A stretch of 64,000 nt of DNA from Bacteriovoracaceae bacterium (GCA_045805035.1 JBJMLZ010000248.1:1333-65332), one strand, 5' to 3'. Shown: positions 1 to 9,286, counted from the first letter of the stretch. The notes: generated by a model not told the origin, from the letters alone. Made by a program: numbers and translations.

Positions 1-741
1 CTTCGTGAAGCTTTGAAATACGATCAGGTTGTTTATTTTTCTATCTTTGTGAACCCCAAGCAATTCGGGCCAAGTGAAGACTTCAACCGCTATCCACGCA
101 CTCTCGAAGATGATCTTCGTTTGATCGAGAAAGTAGCAAAAGAATTTCCATCAGCTAAAGTTGTTGTCTATGCTCCCGTCGATCCTGCCGAAGTTTATCC
201 GGCCGGATATGATCAGAAGATTGATGTGCCCGATCTCTCGGGAGTACTCGAGGGCGCGCTTCGTCCTGGTCACTTTGAAGGTGTCGCAACTGTCGTCTAC
301 CGTCTTTTTGAGATCGTCAGGCCTCGTGAGGCGTATTTCGGCCTCAAGGACTATCAGCAATTTCTTGTGATCAAAAAAATGGTGAAAGACCTCCAGCTTT
401 CGATCAAGATTACCGGCATGCCGATTATTCGCGACCATGACGGGCTGGCGCTTTCCAGCCGCAATCAATATCTGAACACCGAGGAAAGGCAGGAAGCTCT
501 CATCCTTTCGCGCACTCTGAATAAAATCAAAGAAATCGTCGGTGAAAAAAGTAGCAATCTTTCTGAGGCAAAAAAATTTATTGCAGATGTCCTTAAGGAT
601 AAGCGCTGGAACTATCTCGAGCTCCGTGACGGAGAGACTCTTTCCACTGACATTTCACATTCAAAAATACTGACCTTACTTGCCGTGTTCCAGCTCAGGA
701 CCACGAGACTTCTGGACAATCTCCAGATGGAGCTTAAATGA
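1..741 (+). CDS. panC: Pantoate-beta-alanine ligase (5' truncated by window edge)
   Basis: VSIFVNPKQF, RPGHFEGVATVV, FGLKDYQQ, GLALSSRN and TRLLDN motifs; frame is open back to base 1. Confidence 0.95.
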   Translation, partial: LREALKYDQVVYFSIFVNPKQFGPSEDFNRYPRTLEDDLRLIEKVAKEFPSAKVVVYAPVDPAEVYPAGYDQKIDVPDLSGVLEGALRPGHFEGVATVVYRLFEIVRPREAYFGLKDYQQFLVIKKMVKDLQLSIKITGMPIIRDHDGLALSSRNQYLNTEERQEALILSRTLNKIKEIVGEKSSNLSEAKKFIADVLKDKRWNYLELRDGETLSTDISHSKILTLLAVFQLRTTRLLDNLQMELK

Positions 742-2075
742 ATTACGAAGAATACAAACTTCCGCTTGGTCAGAAGGCCTCACTCGTCTCCATAATCTGT
801 GACAAGTTCGAGCATCATGCGACTGCGATTGAAACGAATAATTCTCTTCTTGAATTGAGAGAACTTCTGCGAACCCTCGGTATCGTGGCAGGTGAAGAAT
901 ACGTTCAAAATCGTAAGCAGATTGATCCTGCGACGATGCTTGGAGAAGGAAAACTCGCCGAAATCGCGGATGCCGCACGTGAAGAAGGCTCAAAGCTTCT
1001 CGTTTTTGATTTCGAGCTCTCGGCTTCACAGGCAAGAAACATCAAAGAGATCACAAAACTTGAAATCGTCGACCGAAACACAGTGATCCTCGAAATCTTC
1101 GCGCAACACGCGCGAACCAAAGAAGCAAAGATTCAGATCGAAATCGCGCGACTCCAATATCTTCTTCCTCGCCTGACCGCCATGTGGGGTCACTTTTCGA
1201 AGCAGCGTGCAGCAGGTGCTGCGATCGGTGGTGAGGGTGAGCAGCAGCTCGAGCTTGACCGGCGTATGGTGAGAGAGCGCATCGAGTTCTATAAACGTCA
1301 ACTCGACGAAGTTCAGAGATCACGTGAACAGCAAAGAAAAAAACGCCAGAATCAGGCGGTAACTGCGGCCCTCGTTGGATACACGAATGCGGGTAAGTCT
1401 TCGCTCATGAATCGTCTTTGTAAAGTGAATGTGCTTGAGGAGAATAAGCTCTTCGCGACTCTCGACTCCACCTTCCGCACACTGAACCCTGATTCAAAAC
1501 CGCCGATGATCATGATCGATACGGTAGGATTCATCTCGAACCTTCCGAACACTCTGGTTCATGGTTTCCGCACAACACTTGAATCAGCTCTTGAAGCAGA
1601 TCTTCTGCTCATTGTTTGTGACATTTCGGATCCTAATTACCAGAAGCAACTGAGAGTTACTCAGGATGTTCTGAAAGAACTGGGAGTCCAGGAAAAAGAA
1701 CAATTCATTGTCTTTAACAAAAAAGATCTTCTTAATGATCCCGTTCGCGCACGGATCATCATGAGGAATTTCCCGAACTCATTTCTTGTCTCTTCGTATG
1801 ACGAAGACGATATGAAGAATCTCAGAAGTCACGTCATTGATTTCTTTCTCTCAAAGCAAGATCATTACGATCTCTTCATCCCCTATGAAGCGGGCGATGC
1901 TCATGCTCGCGTTCGCGCCAACGCGAACATCATGAATCTTGCTTCGCATGAGCAAGGAATTTTTTATCGTATTCGCATTCCTGATTTTATTTTTCAGCAG
2001 CTCGGGCTGAGTCAGTATGTTCTCGCTCCACAGGAAGCAAAACAGTGGGAACAAAATCTTTCGAACAACTCGTGA
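738..2075 (+). CDS. hflX: Ribosome-splitting GTPase HflX
   Basis: ILEIFAQHARTKEAKIQIE, GEQQLELDRR, G1 GYTNAGKSS, LFATLD, DTVGF, NKKD; ATGA overlap with panC. Confidence 0.95.
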   Translation: MNYEEYKLPLGQKASLVSIICDKFEHHATAIETNNSLLELRELLRTLGIVAGEEYVQNRKQIDPATMLGEGKLAEIADAAREEGSKLLVFDFELSASQARNIKEITKLEIVDRNTVILEIFAQHARTKEAKIQIEIARLQYLLPRLTAMWGHFSKQRAAGAAIGGEGEQQLELDRRMVRERIEFYKRQLDEVQRSREQQRKKRQNQAVTAALVGYTNAGKSSLMNRLCKVNVLEENKLFATLDSTFRTLNPDSKPPMIMIDTVGFISNLPNTLVHGFRTTLESALEADLLLIVCDISDPNYQKQLRVTQDVLKELGVQEKEQFIVFNKKDLLNDPVRARIIMRNFPNSFLVSSYDEDDMKNLRSHVIDFFLSKQDHYDLFIPYEAGDAHARVRANANIMNLASHEQGIFYRIRIPDFIFQQLGLSQYVLAPQEAKQWEQNLSNNS

Positions 2076-2081
2076 ATTGAG

Positions 2082-2546
2082 TTGTCGATCAGGGACAATT
2101 TCAATACCCTGATGGGCCTCATGCCTAAAAAAAGCAGATTAAAAGCGCGCTGGACGGAAAGAAAAGCAGCGCTCAGAGAAAAAAATACGAACCTCGCCCA
2201 TCCAGTCGTGCGCGCTTCTTACATCTGGTCCATCGTTTCCGAACAGCTAGGTGACATTCTGGGACCGGAAGTTCACCACCAGTGGTTTAAAAATGTGAAG
2301 CCGATGGTGATTTCAAATAATGTCCTGATTCTTGAAGTTACCAATCACTTTCAGGCGCAATGGATTCACACTCACTATCACGAGCTCACTGACGTTCTTC
2401 TTTCAGTCCTCGACAAAAAACTTTCAAGCTTCTTTGTCTCGCAATCAGAAAGAGATCCATTGCACTTGATGGGGCCGAAATTGTTACCGGAATGCTCCGC
2501 TTCGGAAATAAAGCGTCACAGCGAATATGATGAGGGAAACGATTAG
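2082..2546 (+). CDS. Small protein with a DnaA N-terminal (domain I)-like region only
   Basis: WSIVSEQL...HHQWFKNVKP...VLILEVTNHFQAQWI resembles DnaA domain I; no AAA+ or HTH; start uncertain (TTG 2082 or later ATG). Confidence 0.65.
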   Translation: MSIRDNFNTLMGLMPKKSRLKARWTERKAALREKNTNLAHPVVRASYIWSIVSEQLGDILGPEVHHQWFKNVKPMVISNNVLILEVTNHFQAQWIHTHYHELTDVLLSVLDKKLSSFFVSQSERDPLHLMGPKLLPECSASEIKRHSEYDEGND

Positions 2547-2589
2547 CCCTGCGATCAGAATGGCCTTGTCTTTGCTGTTCATTGGAAAA

Positions 2590-2931
2590 TTATAAAGCTT
2601 TGAGGGCTTCCGGTACAGTGAAGGGATCAAAAGTTCGTGGCATTTCGCCTTTTTTCTCCTGAATAAACTCTAATCCAGTCCACCCGCCTATCACAACCAC
2701 AGGTGTTTTCCGGAAATGTTCTGAGGAATCATATTGTTTCCGGAAAAGTTCCAGGTCCTCTTTCACCGTCGAAGCATCCAGAACAATGACAGACGGTTTG
2801 AGGTCTTCCACGAGGTACAGAAAGTCTCTCGCATGAGGAACGGTATAAAATTCAAGCCCTTTCTTCCGGAAAACCTTTTCCAGAAGGCCTGACGCAAAAG
2901 TATTTGAATCGATCCATAGAACGAGGCCCAT
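2590..2931 (-). CDS. Single-domain receiver (CheY-like) protein, atypical
   Basis: VLWID...KPSVIVLD...TPVVVIG pattern of a REC fold; ATG 2931 with AAGGAAG upstream. Confidence 0.65.
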   Translation of the reverse strand: MGLVLWIDSNTFASGLLEKVFRKKGLEFYTVPHARDFLYLVEDLKPSVIVLDASTVKEDLELFRKQYDSSEHFRKTPVVVIGGWTGLEFIQEKKGEMPRTFDPFTVPEALKAL

Positions 2932-2974
2932 GACTTCCTTTGACACCCTTTCCGCTGATAATTACCATCTCCCT

Positions 2975-3259
2975 ATGGAAAAAGAAATCTCCAAAATCCG
3001 CGTCGTTGAGACTGACACTCGTCAGGTGCTTTTTGAATGCGGGATCGACGAATCAGATAAGGCCTATCAGTTCGCTGCGGAGATGGAAGAGCTTGGACTC
3101 TCAGTCGATGTCCTGAATCCTACGTTGAGTGAAACTCTCACAGATTCGCTTGGGCTCTCCAATGAAGACCGTCGCAAATATGAGGCAAGTCTTGAAGAAG
3201 AAATTGAGCATCATGAAGGCTCATGCTGCTTTGAAGACGGCGACAAGAAAGTTCACTAG
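2975..3259 (+). CDS. Hypothetical acidic protein with HH..CC C-terminal tail
   Basis: Clean ORF filling the gap; start placed at ATG 2975 to avoid overlap with the divergent gene. Confidence 0.65.
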   Translation: MEKEISKIRVVETDTRQVLFECGIDESDKAYQFAAEMEELGLSVDVLNPTLSETLTDSLGLSNEDRRKYEASLEEEIEHHEGSCCFEDGDKKVH

Positions 3260-5004
3260 AAAGTCACCGAATAATTCCCGAACACTGATCGCGGCATCAC
3301 ACTGAAGCCGAAAATCTCTTCATATTCGCGATTCGTGATGTTCACGATCTGGGCCGAAAAAGTATGGCGTCCCATCCGGTAGACCGCACCGACATCCATC
3401 GTTTCAAACGAATTGAGCTTCACTGTTTTGCCGTTAAAATCGACATCCTTTCGCGAATCATACCAACGGAGACGCGCAAACAATTCCGAGATGTCACTCG
3501 GAAACCAAGAAGCAGAAAATTGTCCGCTGTTATAAGGGCGACGGAGGACCGGCACTTCCACTTCCCGGAAAGCAAGATGTGTATAACTTCCTCTCAGCTG
3601 AAATTTCTCACCGGTCCACTTGAGCGAGGGTTCCACACCTTCGGAAATAAATCTTCCCTGGTTCCGGTAACCGCTTCCGGTGAAAACAATGAGATTCGAG
3701 AGCTTGCTTTGAAAAGCCACGAATTCAGCGTCGAAGGATTTAAACTTTTTCTTCCAGCTTGCTTCGGACGACTGGTTGATCTCGGGTTTCAGATCGTCAT
3801 TCCCAAAGTTCGGATCAAAAAGCTGAAAGAGCGATGGCGCCTTATAGCCGCGTGAATACTGCACACCGAACGTACCGATATTTTTTTTCATTTCAACACC
3901 CGCCGAACCCGTGCCGAAATTCCCATAGCGGGAATGATGATCACCGCGAAGGCCTCCTTGAAGAGTGAAATCTCCCAAACGCTTGAGGCCCTGAAGAAAA
4001 ATGCCTCCGAGGTCGAAAGATTTTTTCTTATCAACCTGCAGAGTTTCTCTCTCCCCTACAACTCCCGCAAGAATTCTGCGGTCGTCATTCCCGTTTTCGT
4101 ATAGCAACTCATTCTGAAAAAGATTTCCCGCAAAGTCCGTAGTTCCTGTGGTGAGACTCTTGATGGATCGCTCATTGCGGTTAAGACCTGTCCGAAGCGA
4201 AAATGCATTTTCTTTGGAGGCCTGATAACTCGTTTTCTGCTGAACAAGATACTGACGACTCAGTCCATGCTCTGAACCGTTATCCGAAGTGATGTCGAGT
4301 TCATTTCTTCCCTCGACAAATGAGCCAAGAAGATCCGTATGAGTCTTATTGAAAAATTCGTGACGGGAGGAACTCATCAATTGCGTCGTTTCACTCCCAT
4401 CACGTTCAGTCGCCCCAAATCTTTTCTCATTGAATCGCGAGATCCCATCGGTTCTTTGCTTCACAAAACTCAGAGTCCCCTTGGACCAGTCATGCTGATA
4501 GGTCGCTCCTAAAGTCCCGAAGCTTCCTGCGTTCAGCGTGAGTTTTTTCTCCGGTTTATCTGAGCCTTTTCTCGTGAGCATCTCAACGTGGCCACCCATC
4601 GCATCGGACCCAAAGAGCACTGCCTGCGGACCTTTGTGCACACGAATTTCTTCAATGCCTGTGAGAGAAAGAAAAGCAGCATCAAACTGCCGGTCAGTGC
4701 TCGAAGGGTCGTTGAGCTTCAATCCATCAAGCGTAAAAGAAATGTGACGTGATTCGGTTCCGCGAATAAAGAAAGTTGTTCTGCCGCCAGGACCGCCGTT
4801 CTGCGAACTCGTAAGCCCGGGCACGCGTTCAAGGGCCTGCGAGAGAAATGGAGCAGGAAGAGTTTCGAAGTCTTCTGCATTCACTGTTTCCGTTTGCGTG
4901 AAATTGTAATTGGTCGATTGTTTCGAAGCGGTGACTTCGATCTGTTCAAGAGATTCAGTTGCGTGAACTGAAAAACAAATGAGAAGCAAAATGATGAGCG
5001 ACAA
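3256..5004 (-). CDS. btuB: TonB-dependent cobalamin receptor (BtuB-like)
   Basis: Signal peptide, TonB box (EQIEVTAS), plug motifs (FIRG, LDGLKLND, GPQAVLFGSDAMGG), C-terminal F; cobalamin riboswitch upstream. Confidence 0.85.
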   Translation of the reverse strand: MSLIILLLICFSVHATESLEQIEVTASKQSTNYNFTQTETVNAEDFETLPAPFLSQALERVPGLTSSQNGGPGGRTTFFIRGTESRHISFTLDGLKLNDPSSTDRQFDAAFLSLTGIEEIRVHKGPQAVLFGSDAMGGHVEMLTRKGSDKPEKKLTLNAGSFGTLGATYQHDWSKGTLSFVKQRTDGISRFNEKRFGATERDGSETTQLMSSSRHEFFNKTHTDLLGSFVEGRNELDITSDNGSEHGLSRQYLVQQKTSYQASKENAFSLRTGLNRNERSIKSLTTGTTDFAGNLFQNELLYENGNDDRRILAGVVGERETLQVDKKKSFDLGGIFLQGLKRLGDFTLQGGLRGDHHSRYGNFGTGSAGVEMKKNIGTFGVQYSRGYKAPSLFQLFDPNFGNDDLKPEINQSSEASWKKKFKSFDAEFVAFQSKLSNLIVFTGSGYRNQGRFISEGVEPSLKWTGEKFQLRGSYTHLAFREVEVPVLRRPYNSGQFSASWFPSDISELFARLRWYDSRKDVDFNGKTVKLNSFETMDVGAVYRMGRHTFSAQIVNITNREYEEIFGFSVMPRSVFGNYSVTF

Positions 5005-5030
5005 AGATCTCCTCCTCGGGATTGTCGTTT

Positions 5031-5110
5031 CATGATGCCGTATCTGACTTCCTTTCGGTTACAGTTGCGGGACAGTGCTGGATTCACACCAGCTTCCGGT
5101 TAAATCATGT
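5031..5110 (-). ncRNA. Cobalamin (B12) riboswitch, compact type
   Basis: Minus strand reads ACATGATTTAACCGGAAGCTGGTGTGAATCCAGCACTGTCCCGCAACTGTAACCGAAAGGAAGTCAGATACGGCATCATG, with the GGAAG-ctgGTGtgAATCCag-CACTGTCCCGCAACTGTA core, AGTCAG and CATGAT/ATCATG end pairing; about 26 nt upstream of btuB. Confidence 0.9.
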
Positions 5111-5242
5111 GTGCTGAATTTAATGGAAATGAATCACTTCTGCCAACAGAAAGACTCTAGGTCGATAGTGATCAAATCTCGCAACCACCTGATTTCAGGG
5201 CACTTTCGAGATTGCAATGTGAGACTCATTTATAATGTTCCC

Positions 5243-5545
5243 ATGATCAACAACCGAGCACATCCGAGATTTGAAGCGAAACCCGGTAAATGGGTAAAGC
5301 TCAGGAAGAAAGAAACAGGACAAGAAATCTTCCAGCTCATTGATGTTTCCCAGGGCGGAATGAGTTTTGTGAGTCTTTCTGCGGATGAGTTCAAGCGCGG
5401 AGATCATTTCGTCGTTGAAGATTTCAAAGACCGAAAACTCAAACACAAAATCATCGCGATCGTTCGCTACGTGCAAACCAATCTCGAGCTCGACATGTAC
5501 ACTGATTACAAAGTGGGCGTGGAGTTCCTGAAAGTCGCTGCTTAG
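5243..5545 (+). CDS. PilZ-domain (c-di-GMP receptor) protein
   Basis: RAHPR (RxxxR) and DVSQGG (DxSxGG) motifs; start moved to ATG 5243. Confidence 0.85.
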   Translation: MINNRAHPRFEAKPGKWVKLRKKETGQEIFQLIDVSQGGMSFVSLSADEFKRGDHFVVEDFKDRKLKHKIIAIVRYVQTNLELDMYTDYKVGVEFLKVAA

Positions 5546-5569
5546 TAAAAAAGGGCCCTTTCGGGCCCT
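5546..5569. terminator. Bidirectional intrinsic terminator-like hairpin
   Basis: AAAAAAGGGCCC-TTTC-GGGCCCT between convergent genes. Confidence 0.75.
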
Positions 5570-5583
5570 CTCTATTTTTCCGG

Positions 5584-5973
5584 CTATGCCGTTTTATTTT
5601 CCCATTCTTCGAAGAACACTTGTTCTTCCTCGTATATCTTGTCGCGAATCGCCTTATGCTTAGGCGATCCGTACGGCTCTTTGTGGAGCTTGTTGCGTTT
5701 CATGTCTTTTTGTTTTTCAAACTGGCGCTCTACTTTATCCACGACAAGATCGAGTGACTTGTACATGTTGTCAGCAGATGCCTTGGCAAAGAAATCGAAC
5801 TTGGGGCCGTGAATCTTCACTTCCGCCCAGTGTTCGTCACCATGAACCCAACAGGTCCAGTGTGCAGAAATATTGCCGTGGAAATACTTTTCAAAATGTT
5901 CTGATTTTTCCGTGATACGTTGATCGAGGGCCGGTGTGTGTTCCAGATGCTTAAAAGAAATTTTTAATTTCAT
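5584..5973 (-). CDS. hpf: Ribosome hibernation promoting factor (HPF/RaiA)
   Basis: MKLKISFKHLEHTPALD...A...MYKSLDLVVDKVERQFEKQK; directly downstream of rpoN. Confidence 0.9.
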   Translation of the reverse strand: MKLKISFKHLEHTPALDQRITEKSEHFEKYFHGNISAHWTCWVHGDEHWAEVKIHGPKFDFFAKASADNMYKSLDLVVDKVERQFEKQKDMKRNKLHKEPYGSPKHKAIRDKIYEEEQVFFEEWENKTA

Positions 5974-6059
5974 GCGTTTACGTGCCTCTAATAATAAAAA
6001 AAGTTTCGGACACATTCTTTTCGGAATCATTCGACAAAAAATTCTGCTTTTATTACCTC

Positions 6060-7517
6060 CTATTTTTTTCTTTTAGATGACGGGGCTATTCCCATCATTT
6101 CACGATACTTCGCCACGGTTCTGCGGGCGACGACAATGTCCTTCGTACTGAGAAGCTCGGAGATTTTCTGATCTGAGAGCGGCCTTTTGGGATCTTCATT
6201 CCCGATCATCTCTTTGATCTTCAGCTTGAGGGACTCACCGGCGATATCGATACCGCCATTCTTGCCGCCAATACCGGCGTTAAAGAAGTATTTCAATTCA
6301 AACGTACCGATCGGCGTGTGCATGTATTTGTTGGTCGTAACACGCGATACAGTTGATTCGTGCATACCGATCTCACCCGCGATGTCTTTCAGGATCATCG
6401 GCTTCAGGAACGCAGGACCTTTCTTGAAGAACTCCTGCTGAGTGCGTACGATAGAGTTAGCAACTTTGTAGATCGTCTTCTGACGATTCTCGATAGATTT
6501 AATGAGCCACATCGCCGCGCGGAGCTTGTCCTGCACGAATTCTTTTGCCTCAGCATTGTCCTGGCCAGACTTGATCAGTGACTTATAGAGGTTAGAGATA
6601 CGAAGACGTGGAACACCTTCGTCGTTCACCTGGACCACGAACTCTCCGCCTACTTCAGCGACGAAGATATCAGGAACGACGTATTGAGTTTCCTCAGCAG
6701 AAATAAGACGACCTGGTTTCGGATTCAGACCCATGATCACGAGTTCTGCATCTTTCACTTTATCTTTTGAGACAGAGAAGTCTTTCGCAATTTTTGCGTA
6801 GTCTTTTTTCTCGAGGTCTTTCAGGTTCCTTTCAATAATAAGTTCCACGAGCGGCGAACGCTCAGGAAGCATGCGTGCCTGAATGCCGAGACACTCTTCA
6901 ATGTTCTGAGCGCCACATCCGATCGGATCAAGGTGCTGAACAAGTCCGAGCATTCCCAGAGCTTCATCACGATCAGAAACTTCGTTGCGTGCAACGATCT
7001 CATCGAAAGGCACTTCCAGATAACCGTCATCATCGATGTTACCGATGAGATCAAGGACAAGATTCAGTTGTTCAGTGGAAAGATTCTCCATGCGGATCTG
7101 CCACTCGAGGTGTTCCTGGAGTGACTGGCCCTTTGAGACCATGTTCTCATAGCTCGGAAGATCATCCGGAGAAACGTTCTCCTTCATGTTCGGTGACGAA
7201 GACGAAGAAGAGTTGAACGACTCGGAGTATGACTCCCAGTCAAAATTGTCTTTTGAGTTTTCGATCAGCTCAGGGCCTGAAAAGTCCTCGGCCTTTGCTT
7301 CATGAGCATCCATTTCCTCGCGGCTCTGGTCTTCCTGCGCAGCTGTCTCCACTTCACCGTCGATCTCCTCGAGCATCGGATTCTCTACCATCTCCTGCGA
7401 AATGAGAGTCGTCATCTCGAGGTGAGTGAGAGTCAGTAGCTTGATCGCCTGCTGCAGCTGGGGCGTGATCATCAGACTTTGCGTCTGCTTCAGCCCTTGA
7501 CTCATTTTAATAGACAT
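6060..7517 (-). CDS. rpoN: RNA polymerase sigma-54 factor
   Basis: Q-rich region I (TPQLQQAIKLL), HESTVSRVTTNKY, RpoN box ARRTVAKYRE. Confidence 0.97.
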   Translation of the reverse strand: MSIKMSQGLKQTQSLMITPQLQQAIKLLTLTHLEMTTLISQEMVENPMLEEIDGEVETAAQEDQSREEMDAHEAKAEDFSGPELIENSKDNFDWESYSESFNSSSSSSPNMKENVSPDDLPSYENMVSKGQSLQEHLEWQIRMENLSTEQLNLVLDLIGNIDDDGYLEVPFDEIVARNEVSDRDEALGMLGLVQHLDPIGCGAQNIEECLGIQARMLPERSPLVELIIERNLKDLEKKDYAKIAKDFSVSKDKVKDAELVIMGLNPKPGRLISAEETQYVVPDIFVAEVGGEFVVQVNDEGVPRLRISNLYKSLIKSGQDNAEAKEFVQDKLRAAMWLIKSIENRQKTIYKVANSIVRTQQEFFKKGPAFLKPMILKDIAGEIGMHESTVSRVTTNKYMHTPIGTFELKYFFNAGIGGKNGGIDIAGESLKLKIKEMIGNEDPKRPLSDQKISELLSTKDIVVARRTVAKYREMMGIAPSSKRKK

Positions 7518-7528
7518 GGAGAAACTCC

Positions 7529-8269
7529 CTACATCTTAAATTCTTCGCCCAAGTAAAACTTGCGTGCGACTTCGTTATTAATAATCTCAGTCGGCGTACC
7601 ACTCACGAGAAGTTCACCCTTACTCATGATGTACGCGCGATCGACGATCCCAAGGGTTTCTCTCACGTTGTGATCCGTGATGAGGACACCGATGTTCTTC
7701 GCCTTCAAACGCTTGATGATGTCCTGGATGTCATGAACCGCTAATGGGTCCACACCTGCGAAGGGCTCATCAAGTAAAACAAACTTCGGATCCAGCGCCA
7801 GAGATCTCGCGATCTCCACGCGTCTCCGCTCACCACCTGATAACTCTCTTCCTTTTGATTTCCGGATATGATCCAGACCAAAATCGCGAATCAAATTATC
7901 GAGGTTGTTCTGCTTTTCCTTATCGGACAGGTCCCGGATTTCCAGGACCGAAAAAATGTTTTCTTCTACGGTAAGTTCTCTGAAAACAGACGCTTCCTGG
8001 GGGAGATAACCGATGCCTTTTTTGGCGCGAACGTGGAGAGGATCTCTCGTCACGTCTTCGTTCATCAGGTTGATCTTTCCCTCGTCAGCTTTCACGAGTC
8101 CCACCATCATATAAAACGAAGTAGTTTTGCCGGCTCCATTGGGACCTAGAAGGCCAACAACTTCACCGCGTTCGACATCAATACTTACGTTCTTCACGAC
8201 CTGCCGGCCATTATATGTTTTCTTAAGATCTCTCGCGTGAAAGCTCGCGGCGCTATCAGCAGTCTGCAT
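7529..8269 (-). CDS. lptB: LPS export ABC ATPase LptB
   Basis: GPNGAGKTT, GYLPQEASVF, LSGGERRR, LLDEPFAGVDP, ITDHNVRETL. Confidence 0.97.
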   Translation of the reverse strand: MQTADSAASFHARDLKKTYNGRQVVKNVSIDVERGEVVGLLGPNGAGKTTSFYMMVGLVKADEGKINLMNEDVTRDPLHVRAKKGIGYLPQEASVFRELTVEENIFSVLEIRDLSDKEKQNNLDNLIRDFGLDHIRKSKGRELSGGERRRVEIARSLALDPKFVLLDEPFAGVDPLAVHDIQDIIKRLKAKNIGVLITDHNVRETLGIVDRAYIMSKGELLVSGTPTEIINNEVARKFYLGEEFKM

Positions 8270-8272
8270 GGA

Positions 8273-9286
8273 TTATTCCTTCGCCTTTTTTTCTTTCTTC
8301 TTCATTTCCATGTCCGACATAGCATCATCTACTTCCACTAAATCGGTTCCCTCACGTACAGTGATGCGGTAACCTTTAATAACATCTTTACCCATTTCGA
8401 CCCGCGGAGCGCCGGTGAGAATCATCTTCTCCTCGCGGCCAAATCCTTCGAGACGTTCGGCAAAGGCCTTCCGTTCTTCCATAACCCCCGTTTGAGGATT
8501 CCTAAGACTTTCCGTCAGTTTCACATCGTCATTCATGACGAAATACTTGAGAGATTTATTATAGTTCTCCAGATAGATATCGGCTTTTCCACCAGTTGCG
8601 CGCATGGCATCCTTATTCATATACACGTCGCCTTCGAGATGCGCGTAAGATTGAACCCCGTCGAAAGTGAGGAGTTGTGATCTGAACTTCATCGGACTTT
8701 CGTACTTTCTCTTCTTCTGGAGCACTCCATTTACTGCGCCGGTGAACTCGCTCTGCTTCAAGTTGGGACGGGCCTTCATTTTTTCGGAGTTAATTTTGAA
8801 TTCGTCGCCGGTCTTCGGATCTTTTCCGTTGAAGCGCACATTGCCACTTCCATACACGAGATCTTTTTTCAGAAGGTAGCGGAGCTTGTCTGCTTCATAG
8901 GTCGCTTCTTCGTTATTCACTTTCACATCACCCAAGAGAACCAGACTGTCTTTCACTTTCCGGTAAACACCTTCGAGGGCATGATACTTGATGGTGGAAT
9001 TTCTCGAGTGCTGATTATAAATCCCAACTGGTCTTTCAAACTCTGCAATCTCCTCCCCCTGGGATTTCATGTTGAGTGCCGACAGAGACATGAGAGGAAG
9101 TCCGTCTTTCACATGAAAGTAATCGAGATTTTCAATCAATGTGTACTCGGGTGCCTTGCCCCCTGCTTGTCCCGGAAGTGCTTCCATGGTGTTTTTGGTG
9201 GTATAAGCGGTGATAACGATCATCATGTTGAAGATGATGTAACCGAAAATAATTATTGTTGATCGAGGATTCCGTTTGATCATCAT
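8273..9286 (-). CDS. LPS transport periplasmic beta-jellyroll protein, apparent LptC-LptA fusion
   Basis: N-terminal TM segment, LptC-like first part, OstA/LptA-like C-terminal part (ILTGAPRVEMGKDVIKGYRIT); occupies the lptC-lptA slot upstream of lptB. Confidence 0.75.
   Translation of the reverse strand: MMIKRNPRSTIIIFGYIIFNMMIVITAYTTKNTMEALPGQAGGKAPEYTLIENLDYFHVKDGLPLMSLSALNMKSQGEEIAEFERPVGIYNQHSRNSTIKYHALEGVYRKVKDSLVLLGDVKVNNEEATYEADKLRYLLKKDLVYGSGNVRFNGKDPKTGDEFKINSEKMKARPNLKQSEFTGAVNGVLQKKRKYESPMKFRSQLLTFDGVQSYAHLEGDVYMNKDAMRATGGKADIYLENYNKSLKYFVMNDDVKLTESLRNPQTGVMEERKAFAERLEGFGREEKMILTGAPRVEMGKDVIKGYRITVREGTDLVEVDDAMSDMEMKKKEKKAKE

Noticed and set aside
5075-5242. N-terminal extension of the PilZ ORF in the track
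   Set aside because: Overlaps the btuB riboswitch and promoter region; PilZ motifs begin right after ATG 5243.
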